Source: Chiloscyllium plagiosum (taxonomy: Eukaryota). From it: a stretch of 40,970 bases of DNA. Made by a program: the position numbers and the translations under genes. Positions 12,130 through 23,982 of the stretch are shown here, one piece after another. The stretch is taken from positions 3,063,610 through 3,104,579 of the forward strand of contig NC_057757.1 of assembly GCF_004010195.1 (NCBI RefSeq), given 5' to 3'. Positions within the stretch are counted from its first letter, which is position 1; every line of letters starts with the position of its first letter. The notes beneath the pieces are model-generated. The model was not told where the DNA came from and searched no databases. It saw nothing but the letters and a program-made list of their open reading frames with translations.

Positions 12130-12862
12130 TTGGTAAATTAATAAGGACAGCACTTTTGCAATTAAACACAGGGCCTTGGGTAGCGTTGTAGAACAGAGAG
12201 AAACCTCAGGGTTCAGGTCCATAATTGTTTGAAGTTTGTATCACACGTAGACAGGGTGGTTAAGAAGGCATTTAGCGTGATTATCTTCCTTGCTCAGACC
12301 TTTGGTTATAGGAGTTGGGAACATCATGTTGAGGTTGTACAAGACATTGGTGAGGCCTTTTCTGGAGAGGTGTGTCCAGTTCTCGTTGCCCTGTTATATG
12401 AAGGATATTATTAAGCTTCAGAAGAGATTTACCAGGATGTCGGCAGGTATGGAAGGTTTGAGTTATAAGGAGAGGCTGAAAAGGCTGGGGCTTTTTCTCA
12501 CAGGAGTGTAGGAGGTTGAGGGATGAACTTATAGAAGTTTATAAAATCATGAAGGGTATGGTTGAGGTGAATAGCAGGTGTCTTTTTTTTTTCCCCAGGG
12601 TGGGAGATCTCAAGACTAGGGACATATTTTGCAGGCGAGTGGAAAAAGATTTAAAAAGGACAGGAGGGGCAACGTTTTTTTACGCAGAATGAGCTTCCTG
12701 AGAAAGTGGTGGATGTTTAAAAGACATTTGGAGAAGTTCATGAATAAGCAATGTTTGGAGGGATACGAGCCAAGTGCAGGCAGGTGGGACTAGTTTGGTT
12801 TAGGATTTCACTCCGCATGGAATAGTTGGACCAAAATGTCAGTTTCTGCGTGACTCTATGAT
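12130..12862 (+). mobile_element. CR1 LINE 3' fragment, degraded
   Basis: Encodes VDRVVKKAF...LYKTLVRPFLE; GACTCTATGA tail. Confidence 0.9.
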
Positions 12863-13363
12863 TCGAGGAGACATGGGAGCTTATGGGGGCTATTCAGCCC
12901 ACCGAGACTGCTCCCAACATTCAATTAAATTACAACGATATGACAATCCCCAACTCCACTTCTCTGTCACTTCTATATAACCCTCTTCAAATCCCGCCCA
13001 ACCCACCTCCAGCAGGCTGTGTGAATCCAGTATCAGACTGCTCAGTCACCTCAGGAGTGGAAGAAAGTTATCTTCAATCATGGGAGTCAGTTTTGGAGAA
13101 GGTTCGCGAGGATTGTCGGGGCTTGTCTTATGAGGCTAAACAGATTGGGATTCCACTCCCTGGAGGTGAGAAGGATGAGAAGCGATCTCTTTGAAACATA
13201 TTGGATTCTTACGGGGTTAATGCTGAGAGGATGGGAGAGTCTCGAATCAGAGGGCACAGTCTCAGAATAACGGGCATCAATTTAAGACTGGGATGAGGAG
13301 GAATTTCCTCTCTCAGAGGGTTGTGAGTCTGTGGAACTCCTCACCATAGGGAGCTGTGGGGGC

Positions 13364-13522
13364 AGAGTCATAGAGTTGTACAGCACGGAAACAGACCCTT
13401 CGGTCCAACCCGTCCATGCCGACCAGATATCCCAACTCAATCTAGTCCCACCCGGCCCATATCCCTCCAAACCCTTCCTAATCATATACCCATCCAAATG
13501 CCTCTTAAATGTTGCAATTGTA
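13364..13522 (-). mobile_element. CR1/HER1-like 3' end nested in older LINE
   Basis: AGAGTCATAGAG...CAGCACGGAAACAGACCCTTCGG. Confidence 0.85.
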
Positions 13523-13604
13523 TTGAAGGCTGAGACAGAGGTTCCTGATCAGTTGGGGAATCAAGGGGAAAAGGTAGGAAAGTGGAGGAATGTTGGATCA
13601 GCCT

Positions 13605-13819
13605 TGTCTGCGTGGGTTTCCTCCGGGTGCTCCGGTTTCCTCCCACAGTCCAAAGATGTGCAGGTCAGGTGAATTGGCCATGCTAAATTGCCCGTAATGT
13701 TAGGTAAGGGGTAAATGTAGGGGTATGGGTGGGTTGCGCTTCGGCGGGTCAGTGTGGACTTGTTGGGCTGAAGGGCCTGTTTCCACACTGTAATGTAATC
13801 TAATAATCTAATCTAATCT
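13605..13819 (+). mobile_element. HE1-type V-SINE, 5'-truncated
   Basis: V-domain GTGGGTTTCCTCCGGGTGCTCCGGTTTCCTCCCACAGTCCAAAGATGTGCAGG; CR1-like tail and (TAATC)n. Confidence 0.9.
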
Positions 13820-14229
13820 TATTAAATGGCAGAGTAGGCTCAAGGGGCCGAATGGCCTCCTCCTGTTCCTATTCCTTAGGCTGTTACGGTCACAACAGAG
13901 TTGGCTAAGAAAGAAAGAAGCAAACCTATTTTTGTACAAAACAAATTTTGTGCTAAACCTTTTCGACATGATTTAACATACCCTAGAAAAATCTGTCACT
14001 TCTCCTGATTTGTCTCTGAGTGCAGCCTTGCAACACTCCACGCTCTCTCAGAACACTCCTTGATGACCTTCCAAAACTCAAGCTTGTCATCTGTAACTTT
14101 CGTAATCGCTTCATCAGACTCTTAACTGATCACTTACATTCAATCATTTACCATATTCAGGAAATCTCATCACATCTGAAGGAGTGGAAAACACTCCCTT
14201 TGCAATTGGACACAATTTGCAGTCACCTC

Positions 14230-14324
14230 ACAGAGTCGTACAGCACGGAAACAGACCCATCGGTTCAAATTGTCCATGCCAACCAGATATCTTAAATTAA
14301 TCTAGTCAAATTTGTCAGCATTTG
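14230..14324 (-). mobile_element. CR1 3' end; continues at 15546-15771 after the satellite
   Basis: Colinear with the uninterrupted minus-strand CR1 at 27855-28150. Confidence 0.75.
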
Positions 14325-15108
14325 ATGGGGGACAGTATAAAAGGAGCTTCACTCTGTATCTAACCCTGTGCTGTCCCTGTCCTGGGAGTGTTTGATGGGG
14401 ACAGTGTAGAGGGAGCTTCACCCTGTATCTAACCTCGTGCTGTCCCTGTCTTGGGAGTGTTTGATGGGGGACAGTGTAGAGGGAGCTTTACTCTGTATCT
14501 AACCTCGTGCTGTCCCTGTCTTGGGAGTGTTTGATGGGGACAGTGTAGAGGGAGATTTACTCTGTATCTAACCTCGTGCTGTCCCTGTCCTCAGAGTGTT
14601 TGATGGGGACAGTGTAGAGGGAGATTTACTCTGTATGTAACCTCGTGCTATCTCTATCCTGGGAGAGTTTGATGGAGGGACACCATAGAGGGAGCTTTAC
14701 TCTGTAGCTAACCACATACAGTCCCTGTCCTGGAGATGTTTGATGGGGACACTGTAGAGGGAGCTTTACTCTGTATCTAACCCCGTGCTGTCCCTGTCCT
14801 GGAGATGTTTGATGGGGACACTGTAGAGGGAGCTTTACTCTGCATCTAACCCCGTGCTTCCCTATCTTGGGAGTGTTTGATGTGGGACAGTGTAGAGGGA
14901 GCTTTACTCTGTATCTAACCCCATGCTGTCCCTGTCCTGGGAGTGTTTGATGAGGGACAGTGTAGAGGGAGCTTTACTCTGTATCTAACCCTGTGCTGTC
15001 TCCGTGTTGAGAGTGTTTGATGGGGGACAGTGTAGAGGAAGCTTTACTCTGTATCTAACCCCATGCTGTCCCTGTCCTCAGAGTGTTTGATGGGGACAGT
15101 GTAGAGGA

Positions 15109-15357
15109 GGTAAAAACAATGACTGCAGATGCTGGAAACCAGATTCTGGATTAGTGGTGCTGGAAGAGCACAGCAGTTCAGGCAGCATCCAAGGAGCTTC
15201 GAAATCGACGTTTCGGGCAAAAGCCCTTCATCAGGAATAAAGGCAGAGAGCCTGAAGGGTGGAGAGATAAGCTAGAGGCGGGTGGGGGTGGGGAGAAAGT
15301 AGCATAGAGTACAATAGGTGAGTGGGGGAGGGGATGAAGGTGATAGGTCAGGGAGGA
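15109..15357 (-). mobile_element. Penelope 3' terminal fragment inserted in the minisatellite
   Basis: Reverse complement of 9965-10200. Confidence 0.9.
15203..15238 (-). ncRNA. Minimal type I hammerhead ribozyme motif (Penelope-associated), core intact
   Basis: Minus strand: CUGAUGA-A-GGGC-UUUU-GCCC-GAAAC-GUC, with perfect stem II, palindromic ACGU stem III and GUC cleavage triplet. Confidence 0.7.
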
Positions 15358-17688
15358 GAGGAAGCTTTACTCTGTATCTAATACCCATGCTGTTCCCGTC
15401 CTGGGAAGTATTTGATGTGAACAAGGTAGGGGAGGTATTACTTTCAATGTCAAAAAGTAGGGTAAGCTTTACTCTGTATCTAGACTTATGCTACACATGT
15501 CCTTGGAGTTGATGATGATAGTGTGGAAGGAGCTTTACTCTATATCTAAATCTTTCCTATTCATATACCCATCCAGATGCCTTTTAAATGCTGTAATTGT
15601 ACCAGCCCCCATCACTTCCTCTGGCAGCTCGTTCCATACACGCACCACCCTCTGTGTGAAAAAGTTCCTCTCAGGTGCCTTTTCAAGCTCTTAAATCTTT
15701 CCCCACTCACTTAAATCAATGCCTTTAGGTTTAGATTCCTCTATCTTTGGGAAAAAGACGTTGGCTATTCAACTCTGTATCTAACCCCGTGCTGTCCCTG
15801 TCCTGGGAGAGTTTGATGGGGACAGTGTAGAGGGAGATTTACTCTGTATCTAACCCCGTGCTGTCCCTGTCCTGGGAGTGTTTGATGAGGTGACAGTGTC
15901 GAGGGAGCTTTACTCTGTATCTAACCTCGTGCTGTCCCTGTCCTGGGAGTGTTTGATGGGGGACAGTGTAGAAGGAGCTTTACTTTGTGTCTAACCCTGT
16001 GCTGTCCCTGTCCTGGTGGTGTTTGATGGGGGACAGTGTAGAGGGAGCTTTACTCTGTATCTTTCCTATTCTTGTACCCATCCAGATGCCTTTTAAATGC
16101 TGTAATTGTATCAGCCCCATCACTTCCTCTGGCAGCTCGTTCCATACATGCATGCTGTCCCTGTCCTGGGAGAGTTTGATGAGGTGACAGTGTCGAGGGA
16201 GCTTTACTCTGTATCTAACCCCGTGCTGTCCCTGTCCTGGGAGAGTTTGATGGAGGACAGTGTAGAGGGAGCTTTACTTTGTATCTAACCCCATGCTGTC
16301 CCTGTCCTGAGGAGAGTTTGATGGGGACAGTGTAGAGGGAGCTTTACTCTGTATCTAACCCTGTGATGTACTTTAGCTGGCAATGTATCAGGGTTGTGCT
16401 ATGGTGTGCAGCGAAACACGTTCCCATGGAGTAACACTCTCACCTTCTTGCCTGTTAAAATCTCAAAGCTCATCTTTTGTGCATCACACTTCAGCAGTCA
16501 GGTACATGCTCAGACCTGCAGAGGCAAAGCAAGGCAGTAAGAGTTTAAGTCGGCCTGATCATTTGTTTGATCTCTGCGCAAATCATGCGATTATGTTTAG
16601 TTTATCATTTTATTTTGGATTATTGCCACTTGAATAATTTCGGACATGCAGGAGGGGCTGCTGTCTGCCAGCGCTCACAGCAATGGAGCTATGATTCCTC
16701 TTTGAAGGCCTTGTGTGGCTGAGATGATTTTCTCACTGATGTAATTACCTTGTTATCAAGAAATGAGCTTCATTGAACCCTGTTGCAGTGAACAATTCAG
16801 TCTCTTGTCTCCACTCAAGTGAAGAGGCTTTGTTTTAATTAAAATGCCTCTGCCACTCAGCTTTTAATCAATAATGTTGCCTTTGAAATATATGCTTTTT
16901 ATTCTCAGGGGAGAGTTCCTTCTGTCACAATAGAACCAAATGCTATTGTTTTTTTGCAGTGATTGGAGGTCCTGGGAGGGTCCCAAGGCGAGTCCCAGGC
17001 AGGCCCCTGGTCACAGCGGTGGGGGCTGAACTGTTGGGGAGGGTCTCCAAGGCAAGTCCCAGGCAGCCCCAAAATTTAGTCCCAGGCAGCAGTGGTGGAG
17101 GTGGGCCTCTAATAGCAGCAGCGGTGGAGGTCCTGGGAGGGGCCCAAGGCGAGTCCCAGGCAGCAGCAGCCAAATGGTATTGTTTCCCAGCGCAAGGTTG
17201 AATGGATTGGATAGAAGAATATTGGCCGTGTTAGCAGTCCTTGATGTGCATCATCCCCCAGGGGTGCTTGGGGATTATGATGCATGCTGAGAATCGGCAA
17301 TTCCAAGCAACATCTGCCCCATCCTCATCACTTGAAATGTGATTCACTCTTAACTGCCCCCTGGGCAATTAGGGATGGGCGATTAATGCTGCCTAGCCAG
17401 CGACACCCACGTCCATAAATGAAAAATGTTGTCTGGAAGGCTGCTTAGCAATGCAGACTGCTGTGAACAGTGTCGGTTCAATTCCCACACCAGCTGAGGT
17501 TATCATGAGGTTTACTCTCCTTCACAGCCTTGCCTACGGTCCCGTAGCATTATGGTGTCCATTATTGCTGGAAAAGGCAGGCAGGGATTGGGAGGCTTTA
17601 CTAACACCCCAAGATAAGATCAAATCTTCTGGAGAAAGACGGTTGCTCCGGGAGGAGCTGACCACTGTGTTAGTTCTGAAGAAGGGTG

Positions 17689-17850
17689 TCTCAGTGGTTA
17701 GCACTGCTGCCTCACAGCACCAGGGACCCGGGTTCGATTCTAGCCTCGGACAACTGGGGGTCTTTGTGGAGTTTGCACATTCTCTTCTGTTTCTGGCAGG
17801 TGGTCTAGTTTCCTCCCAGTGTCAGGTTAGACAGATTGGCCATGGTAAAA
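17689..17850 (+). mobile_element. HE1-type SINE, degraded 5' part
   Basis: CTCAGTGGTTAGCACTGCTGCCTCACAGCACCAGGGACCCGGGTTCGATTC (A and B boxes). Confidence 0.85.
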
Positions 17851-17865
17851 TAGTGGTAGGCACTG

Positions 17866-18190
17866 ACCTCAAGGTATTATCGCTGGATTATTAATCCAGA
17901 GATCCAGCTAATATTCTGAGAACCCTGATTCAAATCCCACCATGGCAGAAATTCAATAGAAAGAAGTCTGGAACTAAGGGTCTAATAATGATCATGAATC
18001 GATTGTTGGAAAAGTCCAACTGGTTCACCTTTAAGGAAGGAAATCTGCCAATCTCACCTGGTCTGGCCTACATGTGACTCCAGATCCACAATGTAGTTGA
18101 CTCTTAACTGCCCTCTGGGCAATTAGGGATTGGGCAATAAATGCTGAGCCTGGCCAGTGATGCCCTGATCCTGTGAGTGAATAAAGAAAA
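17866..18190 (+). mobile_element. tRNA-derived SINE family 2, near full length
   Basis: B-box-like GATTCAAATCCC, central GGAAGGAAATCTGCC...GGTCTGGCCTACATGTGACTCCAGA, tail GGGCAATAAATGCTG. Other copies at 17305-17425, 24295-24440, 30310-30615 (-) and 39400-39820 (split). Confidence 0.75.
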
Positions 18191-19104
18191 ATCCACCCAA
18201 AGTATTTCTGACAACACTAGAAGTGGGAACAGCACAATGCATGTGTTAGGAGCTCTGTGTTGTACATGACCTGATGTGCGTCAGTAGCATTCTCTGCCAA
18301 TTTGGCTGAAGTGGGCTGACCTATTGCATTTGTGCTCACCACTTCCTTCAATCAGTTTATTGCGTAGAAATTCTAAGTTCTGAACTCCCATGAAATGGAC
18401 AAAGTTGGTGCACAGTATCGTCTGCTTCTCAACTTGTGAACTGTTTCAATGCTTTCAATTTAAAATGCAGTGGCATTAGTCAAACCCTCCTGCGTGATTG
18501 ATCATTGAATGATTATCATGAACATGATATATAAACAAACAGATGGGTCAAATAGCCCGTCTTTCTGTTGTAGATTAAGGTCTGTTTCTCTATCCAGGAA
18601 CAAATGTTGTCACTCTCTGAAGCCAGACCCCTTGCTTTTTCGTAAATAGGGAGCTGCTTCTGCGTTGAAATGGTACAGCACAGCTCAAGCTAAATGGCTT
18701 TCATTTATTCTATTTTATAATGGGTGGGTGGGTATGTGTCACACAGATCTCCCAGCTCCTTTCTGACACCTATCTTGTTTGCAGCTACAAGATCTTATAG
18801 ACTGTATAAAGAAAATGAAAACGCTGAGTCATTCAAACACAGTTTATGCCTTGCTCCATTAATGCTACCTCATTATCTCTCTCAATAAGATGTCATTATG
18901 CAATCAGCATGATCCCAAAGCTTTTAGCAACTATAACCTTGTTCCACTTACCTTGTACCCACCAGACTGACACATCTACCTATTCACGACATCCCTCAAT
19001 ATATTATATCAACGAACACAAGATTAACAAGTCATCGGGAAGGGAAGTGCACTGTTGGCCTTTATTTCAAAGGGAATGGAGCAGGGAGGCTCTACAAGTT
19101 GGAT

Positions 19105-19770
19105 GGTGAATTTTCAGGACAATGCAGTAGGCTTTTGGCACAGTGGCCTTCATCAGTCAGGGCACTGAGTTTAGAGGTTGAGATGTCATGTTGCAATTGT
19201 ACAGGACTTTGGTGAGGCCGCACTTTAGAATAGAATAGATTAGATTCCATACAGTGTGGAAACAGGCCCTTCAGCCCAACAAGACCACACTGACCCTCCA
19301 ACGTGCAACCCACCCAGACCCATTCCCCTACATTTACCCCTTCACCTAACACTACGGGCAATTTAGCATGGCCAATTCACCTAACCTGCACATTTTTGGA
19401 CTGTGGGAGGAAACCGGAGTACCCGGAGGGAACCCTCGCAGACACGGGGAGAATGAGCAAACTCCACACAGACAGATTCCTGAGGCGGGAATCGAACCCG
19501 GGTCTCTGGCGCTGTGAGGCAGCAGTGCTAACCACTGAGCCACTGTGTGGCTCCGTGGGAGGGAACCTGAGGGGAAACTGTTTTACACAGATGATAGTAC
19601 ACCTATGGAATGAGCTGCCAGTGGAAGTGGTTGAGGCAGCTTCATTAACAAAAACGAAAAGGCATTTGGACAAATACATGGCTAGGAAAGGTTTAGAAGG
19701 ATATGGGCCAAGTGCAGGGAGATGGGGTTAGTGTGGATGGACAGTCTCCATACTGTAGGACTCTATGACA
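19105..19770 (+). mobile_element. CR1 3' fragment split by HE1, with internal deletion
   Basis: 19105-19226 and 19557-19770 are colinear with 36110-36600. Confidence 0.8.
19227..19548 (-). mobile_element. HE1-type V-SINE, full length
   Basis: Reverse complement has tRNA head with A/B boxes, V domain and AATCT/ATTCT tail. Confidence 0.93.
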
Positions 19771-19799
19771 CTAAATTTTTAAAATTGTATCTGCCTCCA

Positions 19800-20210
19800 C
19801 CCTTTAACATCTATTCCCTCCACCACTGACACTCAGTAGCTGCACTGTACCATTGCCAAGAAATTCACTGAAGATCCTCAGACAGTACTTTCCAAACCCA
19901 TATCCTCTACCATCGAGAAGGATAAGAACAGCAGATACACAGGAACGCCAGCCCACTGAAAGTTCCTCTCGTAAGCACTCAACATCCTGATTTGCAAATA
20001 TATCGGCCGTTCCCTCAGTGTCGCTGGGTCAGAATCCTGGAGCCCACTCCCTAACGGCGCTGTGTGGGTGCCCCTACACAACACGTGGCTGTGGCGGGTC
20101 AAGAAGGCAGCTCACCCCCACATTCACGGGGGTGGGGGGAGCATTCAGGGATGGAGCACCAAATGCTGACCCAGCCAGCGATGCCCACATCCCACAAAAA
20201 AATAAAAATA
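19800..20210 (+). mobile_element. L2/CR1-type LINE 3' fragment
   Basis: Homologous to 27060-27520 and 35740-35930; ends GCCAGCGATGCCCACATCCC plus A-rich tail. Confidence 0.7.
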
Positions 20211-20239
20211 AATCCCCATGACACTTTTCAAAAAAAGAC

Positions 20240-20790
20240 AAGGGCATGTTTGGACAGGACATTGATGAGGCCTCTTCTGGAGCACTGTCTCCAGTTCTGG
20301 TCACCCTGTTATTGGAAGGATATTATTAAACTGGAGAGGGCTCAGAAGAGATTTACCAGGAATGGAGGGTTTGGGTTATAAGGAGAGGCTGTGATTTCTT
20401 TCACTGGAGCATAGGAAGCTGAGGACAGATGTTTATAAAACCATGAGGGGCAGAGATAAGGTGAATGGTGGGTGTCTTTTCCCAAGGGTGGGAGATATCA
20501 AGACCAGGGGGCACATTTTTAGGGTGAGAGGAGTAAGTTTTCAGAAAGACATGAGGGGCATTTTTTTTACACAGAGGGTGGTTCGCGCGTGGAATGACCT
20601 TCCTGAGGAAGTGGTGGATGTGGGGACAGTTACAATGTTTAAAAGATATTTGGGTAAGTACATGAATAGGAAAGGTTTGAAGGGACATGGGCCAAGCGCA
20701 GGCAGGTGGGACTAGTTTAGTTTGGGGAAATGATCGGCATGGACTGGTTGGACTGAAGGGTCTGTTTCCGTGCTGTATGACTCTATGACT
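20240..20790 (+). mobile_element. CR1 3' fragment
   Basis: Encodes LMRPLLEHCLQFWSP and FTQRVVRAWNDLP; GACTCTATGACT tail. Confidence 0.9.
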
Positions 20791-21216
20791 GCATCTCTAA
20801 TCCCCAGAACAATAATTACTCTTCGATCAACACTACCCCCAAAGTAAATTAACTGCAGTGGACTATTGGCTAAGAATAGGTGAGTTGTGTTTGATCTATG
20901 GCAAGGTTATAGAGAGAAACCAAGGTGAGGCCACTCAAGAATGCAAGTTCCTTTTGAAAATATTGTTGAAAGATGTATGTGAGGAAAAGGTCTGGAGGGA
21001 ATTGTGTGATTACATTGTCACATCTGAAAACACCAGCCATAGGCAATCGCAATGTTTACTTGTTTATCATCCTTTCTTCCTTATCTCACCTCTGTGTCTT
21101 GCTCGAGTCATACTGAGTTCCTGTTAATTCCTTTATGACTGTGTGGATGAGTTCCCGATTAATTCTCTGTGTTCCACGTTTGAGGTGCTCTGTCATAATG
21201 CACATCTCATCGTTCT

Positions 21217-22470
21217 CATAGAGTTGCAGAGATGTACAGGACAGAAACAGTCCCTTCAGTCCAACACGTCGATGCTGACCAGATATCTTAAATTAATCTA
21301 GTCCCATTTATAGAGTCAGAGAGATAGACAGCACGGAAACAGACTTTTTGATCCAATTTGTCCAAGCTGCCCAGATATCCTCACCTAATCTAGTCCCATT
21401 TACCAGCACTTGGCCCAAAACCCTTCCTATTCATATACCCAGCCAGATGCCTTTTAAATGTTGTCATTGTACCAGCCTCCACCACATCCTCTGGCAGCTC
21501 ATTCCATACACGTACCACCTTCTGTGTGAAAAAGTTGCCCCTTAGGTTCCTTTTATATCTTTCCCCTCTCACACTAAACCTATGCCCTCTAGTTCTGGAC
21601 TCTCCCACCCCCAGGGAAAAGTCTTTGCCTATTTACCCTATCCATGCCCCTCATGATTTTATAAATCTCTCTGAGGTCACCCCTCAGCCTCCAATGCTCC
21701 AGGGAAAACAGCCCCAGCTTGTTCAGCCTCTCCCTAGAGCTCAAACCCTCCAACCCTGGCAACATCCTTGTAAATCTTTTCTGATCCCTTTCAAGTTTCA
21801 CAACATCCTTTTTGCCAGCATTTGGCCCCTATCCCTCTAAACACTTTTCATTCATATACCCATCCAGATGTCTTTTAAATGCTGTAATTGTACCAGTCTC
21901 CACCACTTCCACTGGCAGCTCATTCCATACACGCACCACCTTCTATGTGAAAAAGTTACCTCTTAGATCCCTTTTACATCTTTCCCCTCTCACTTTAAAC
22001 CTATGCCCTCTAGTTTTGGACTCCCCGACCCCAGGGAAAAGGCCTTGGCTGTTTACCTTATCCATGCCCCTCATGATTTTATAAACCTCTATAAGGTCAC
22101 CAGGGGAAACAGCCCCAGCCTATTCACCCTCTCCCTATAGCTCAAACCCTCCAACCCTGTGAACGTCCTCATAAAACTTTTTGCACCGTTTCAAGTTTAA
22201 CCACATTTTTCCTATAGCAGGGAGACCAGAAATGAGTATTCCAAACGTGGCCTGACCAATGTCCTGTACAGCCGCAACAGGACCTCCCAACTCCTGTACT
22301 CAATGCACAGAACAATAAAAGCAAGTGAACCAACTGTCTTCTTCATTATCCTATCTGCCTGCAACTCCACCTTCAAGGAACTATGAACCTGCACTCCAAG
22401 GTCTCTTTGTTCAGCAACACTCCCCAAGATCTTACCATTAAGTGTACCATTAAGCCTATCCCAAAATGCA
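21217..22470 (-). mobile_element. Cluster of three same-orientation CR1 3' fragments (~21217-21309, ~21310-21810, ~21811-22470)
   Basis: Repeated CR1 tails and overlapping ORF2 C-terminal peptides (RFTRMLPGLEGL; LYRTLVRPRLEY). Confidence 0.85.
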
Positions 22471-23084
22471 ACCCCTCACATTTATTATTCCAAATTGGGA
22501 GGGATTTGGACAGAGTAATCAGGTAGAAACTGTCCCCATCGGTTGGATCGAGAGCTGGAAGGGGCACTGATTTCAGCTCGTTGACCAAAAAGGTAGTGGC
22601 AACATGAGGAGAAACGTTTTTGTGGAGCAAGTGGTTCGGCTCTGGTGTGTGCTGCTGGGAGTGTGGTTGGGAGGGTCAATCGAGTTCAAAACAGAATTGG
22701 ATCTTTACCTGATTGGGAAGAAAAACAAAGAAAATTGCAGTGGCCAAACTCCTAGTGATGAAGAACATGGCTTTGAGGGTGCCTCGGGAGAGGTGGTGGT
22801 AAGGCGAAGGAGACTGAGGCAGCAAGACAAGGCAGGACAGGGGTCCCAGGTGACAATCGGCCATGCATTACACAGGGATGGATTCCCTGGGCACAAGCAA
22901 CTTTACAAGATAGAGCTCAAATTCTGTAAATAAAATAGATTGTTGCAGAAGTAAAGAATTCCCTTAAAGGAAAGCATTGGACACAACAGTCTGAAACTAC
23001 CTACACTCTTTTCCAACAATTATCGACTTACTCCCAAAGTCAGGTCATTACGGAGCCATTAGACTCCTCTTTAGATGATATGAT

Positions 23085-23250
23085 ATATCCTAAATTAGCC
23101 TAGTCCCATTTGCCAGCACTTGGCCCATACCCCTCTAAACCCTTCCTATTCATGTACCCATCCAGATGCCTTTTAAATGCTGTAATTGTACCAGCCTCCA
23201 CCATTTCCTCTGGCAGCTCATTCCATATACGCACCACCCTCTATGTGAAA
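23085..23250 (-). mobile_element. CR1 3' fragment
   Basis: CTAGTCCCATTTGCCAGCACTTGGCCC...GGCAGCTCATTCCA. Confidence 0.85.
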
Positions 23251-23369
23251 ATAATTCTTCTGGCCCAAGGGAAGGTTGTTCTTCCCATCCTGCAGGTTCT
23301 GGCCTACAGCAAGAGCGACTGAGGCAGTCCTACTGCCCGTAGGTCTGCAGATCGTACTGCTTCCTCTTT

Positions 23370-23982
23370 CATGTTGTGGCTGTACAGGGCATTAGTCAGA
23401 CCATGTTTGGAATACTGCGTTCAATTCTAGCCTCCCTGCTCTAGTAAGATGTTATGAAACTTGAAAGGGTTCAGAAATGATTTACAAGGATGTTGCCAGG
23501 GCTGGAGGGTTTGAGCTATAGGGAGAGGCTGAATGGGCTGGGGCTATTTTCTCTGAAGTGTTGGAGGCTGAGGGGTTATAGAGGTTAACGAAATCATGAG
23601 GGGAATGGACAGGGTGAATAGCCAGGGTCCTTTACCAAGGACAGGCAAGTCCAGAACACTAGGTTTAAGGTTAAAGGGGAGAAAGTGAGGTCTGCAGACG
23701 CTGGAGATCAAAGCTGAAACTTTATTGCTGGAACAGCACAGCAGGCAACATTTTCACACAGAGGGTGGTGCGTGTATGGAATGAGCTGCCAGAGGAAGTG
23801 GTGGAGACTGGTGCAATTACAGCATTTAAAAGGCATCTGGATGGGTATATGGATAGGAAGGGTTTAGAGGGGTATGGACCAAATGCTGGCAAATGGAACT
23901 AGATTAATTAAGGATATGTGGTTGGCACGGACGAGTTGGACCGAAGGGTGCGTTTCTGTGCTGTATATCTCTATGACTCTAT
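23370..23982 (+). mobile_element. CR1 3' fragment containing a ~65-bp Penelope terminal piece (~23681-23744)
   Basis: CR1 RT C-terminal sequence. Insert GAAAGTGAGGTCTGCAGACGCTGGAGATCA...CTGGAACAGCACAGCAGG resembles 15115-15180. Confidence 0.85.

Larger units (their letters stand above)
13095..13880 (+). mobile_element. Older CR1-like LINE 3' region hosting two nested insertions
   Basis: Segments 13095-13363, 13522-13604 and 13820-13880 are colinear with 33760-34180. Confidence 0.7.
14321..16365 (+). repeat. 69-bp minisatellite array, interrupted by Penelope and CR1 pieces
   Basis: Unit TTTGATGGGGACAGTGTAGAGGGAGCTTTACTCTGTATCTAACCCCGTGCTGTCCCTGTCCTGGGAGTG; starts at 14391 and 14460 are 69 bp apart. 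Confidence 0.95.

Noticed and set aside
14321..16365. CRISPR-like array
   Set aside because: Units are contiguous tandem repeats with no unique spacers, there are no cas genes, and the context is eukaryotic
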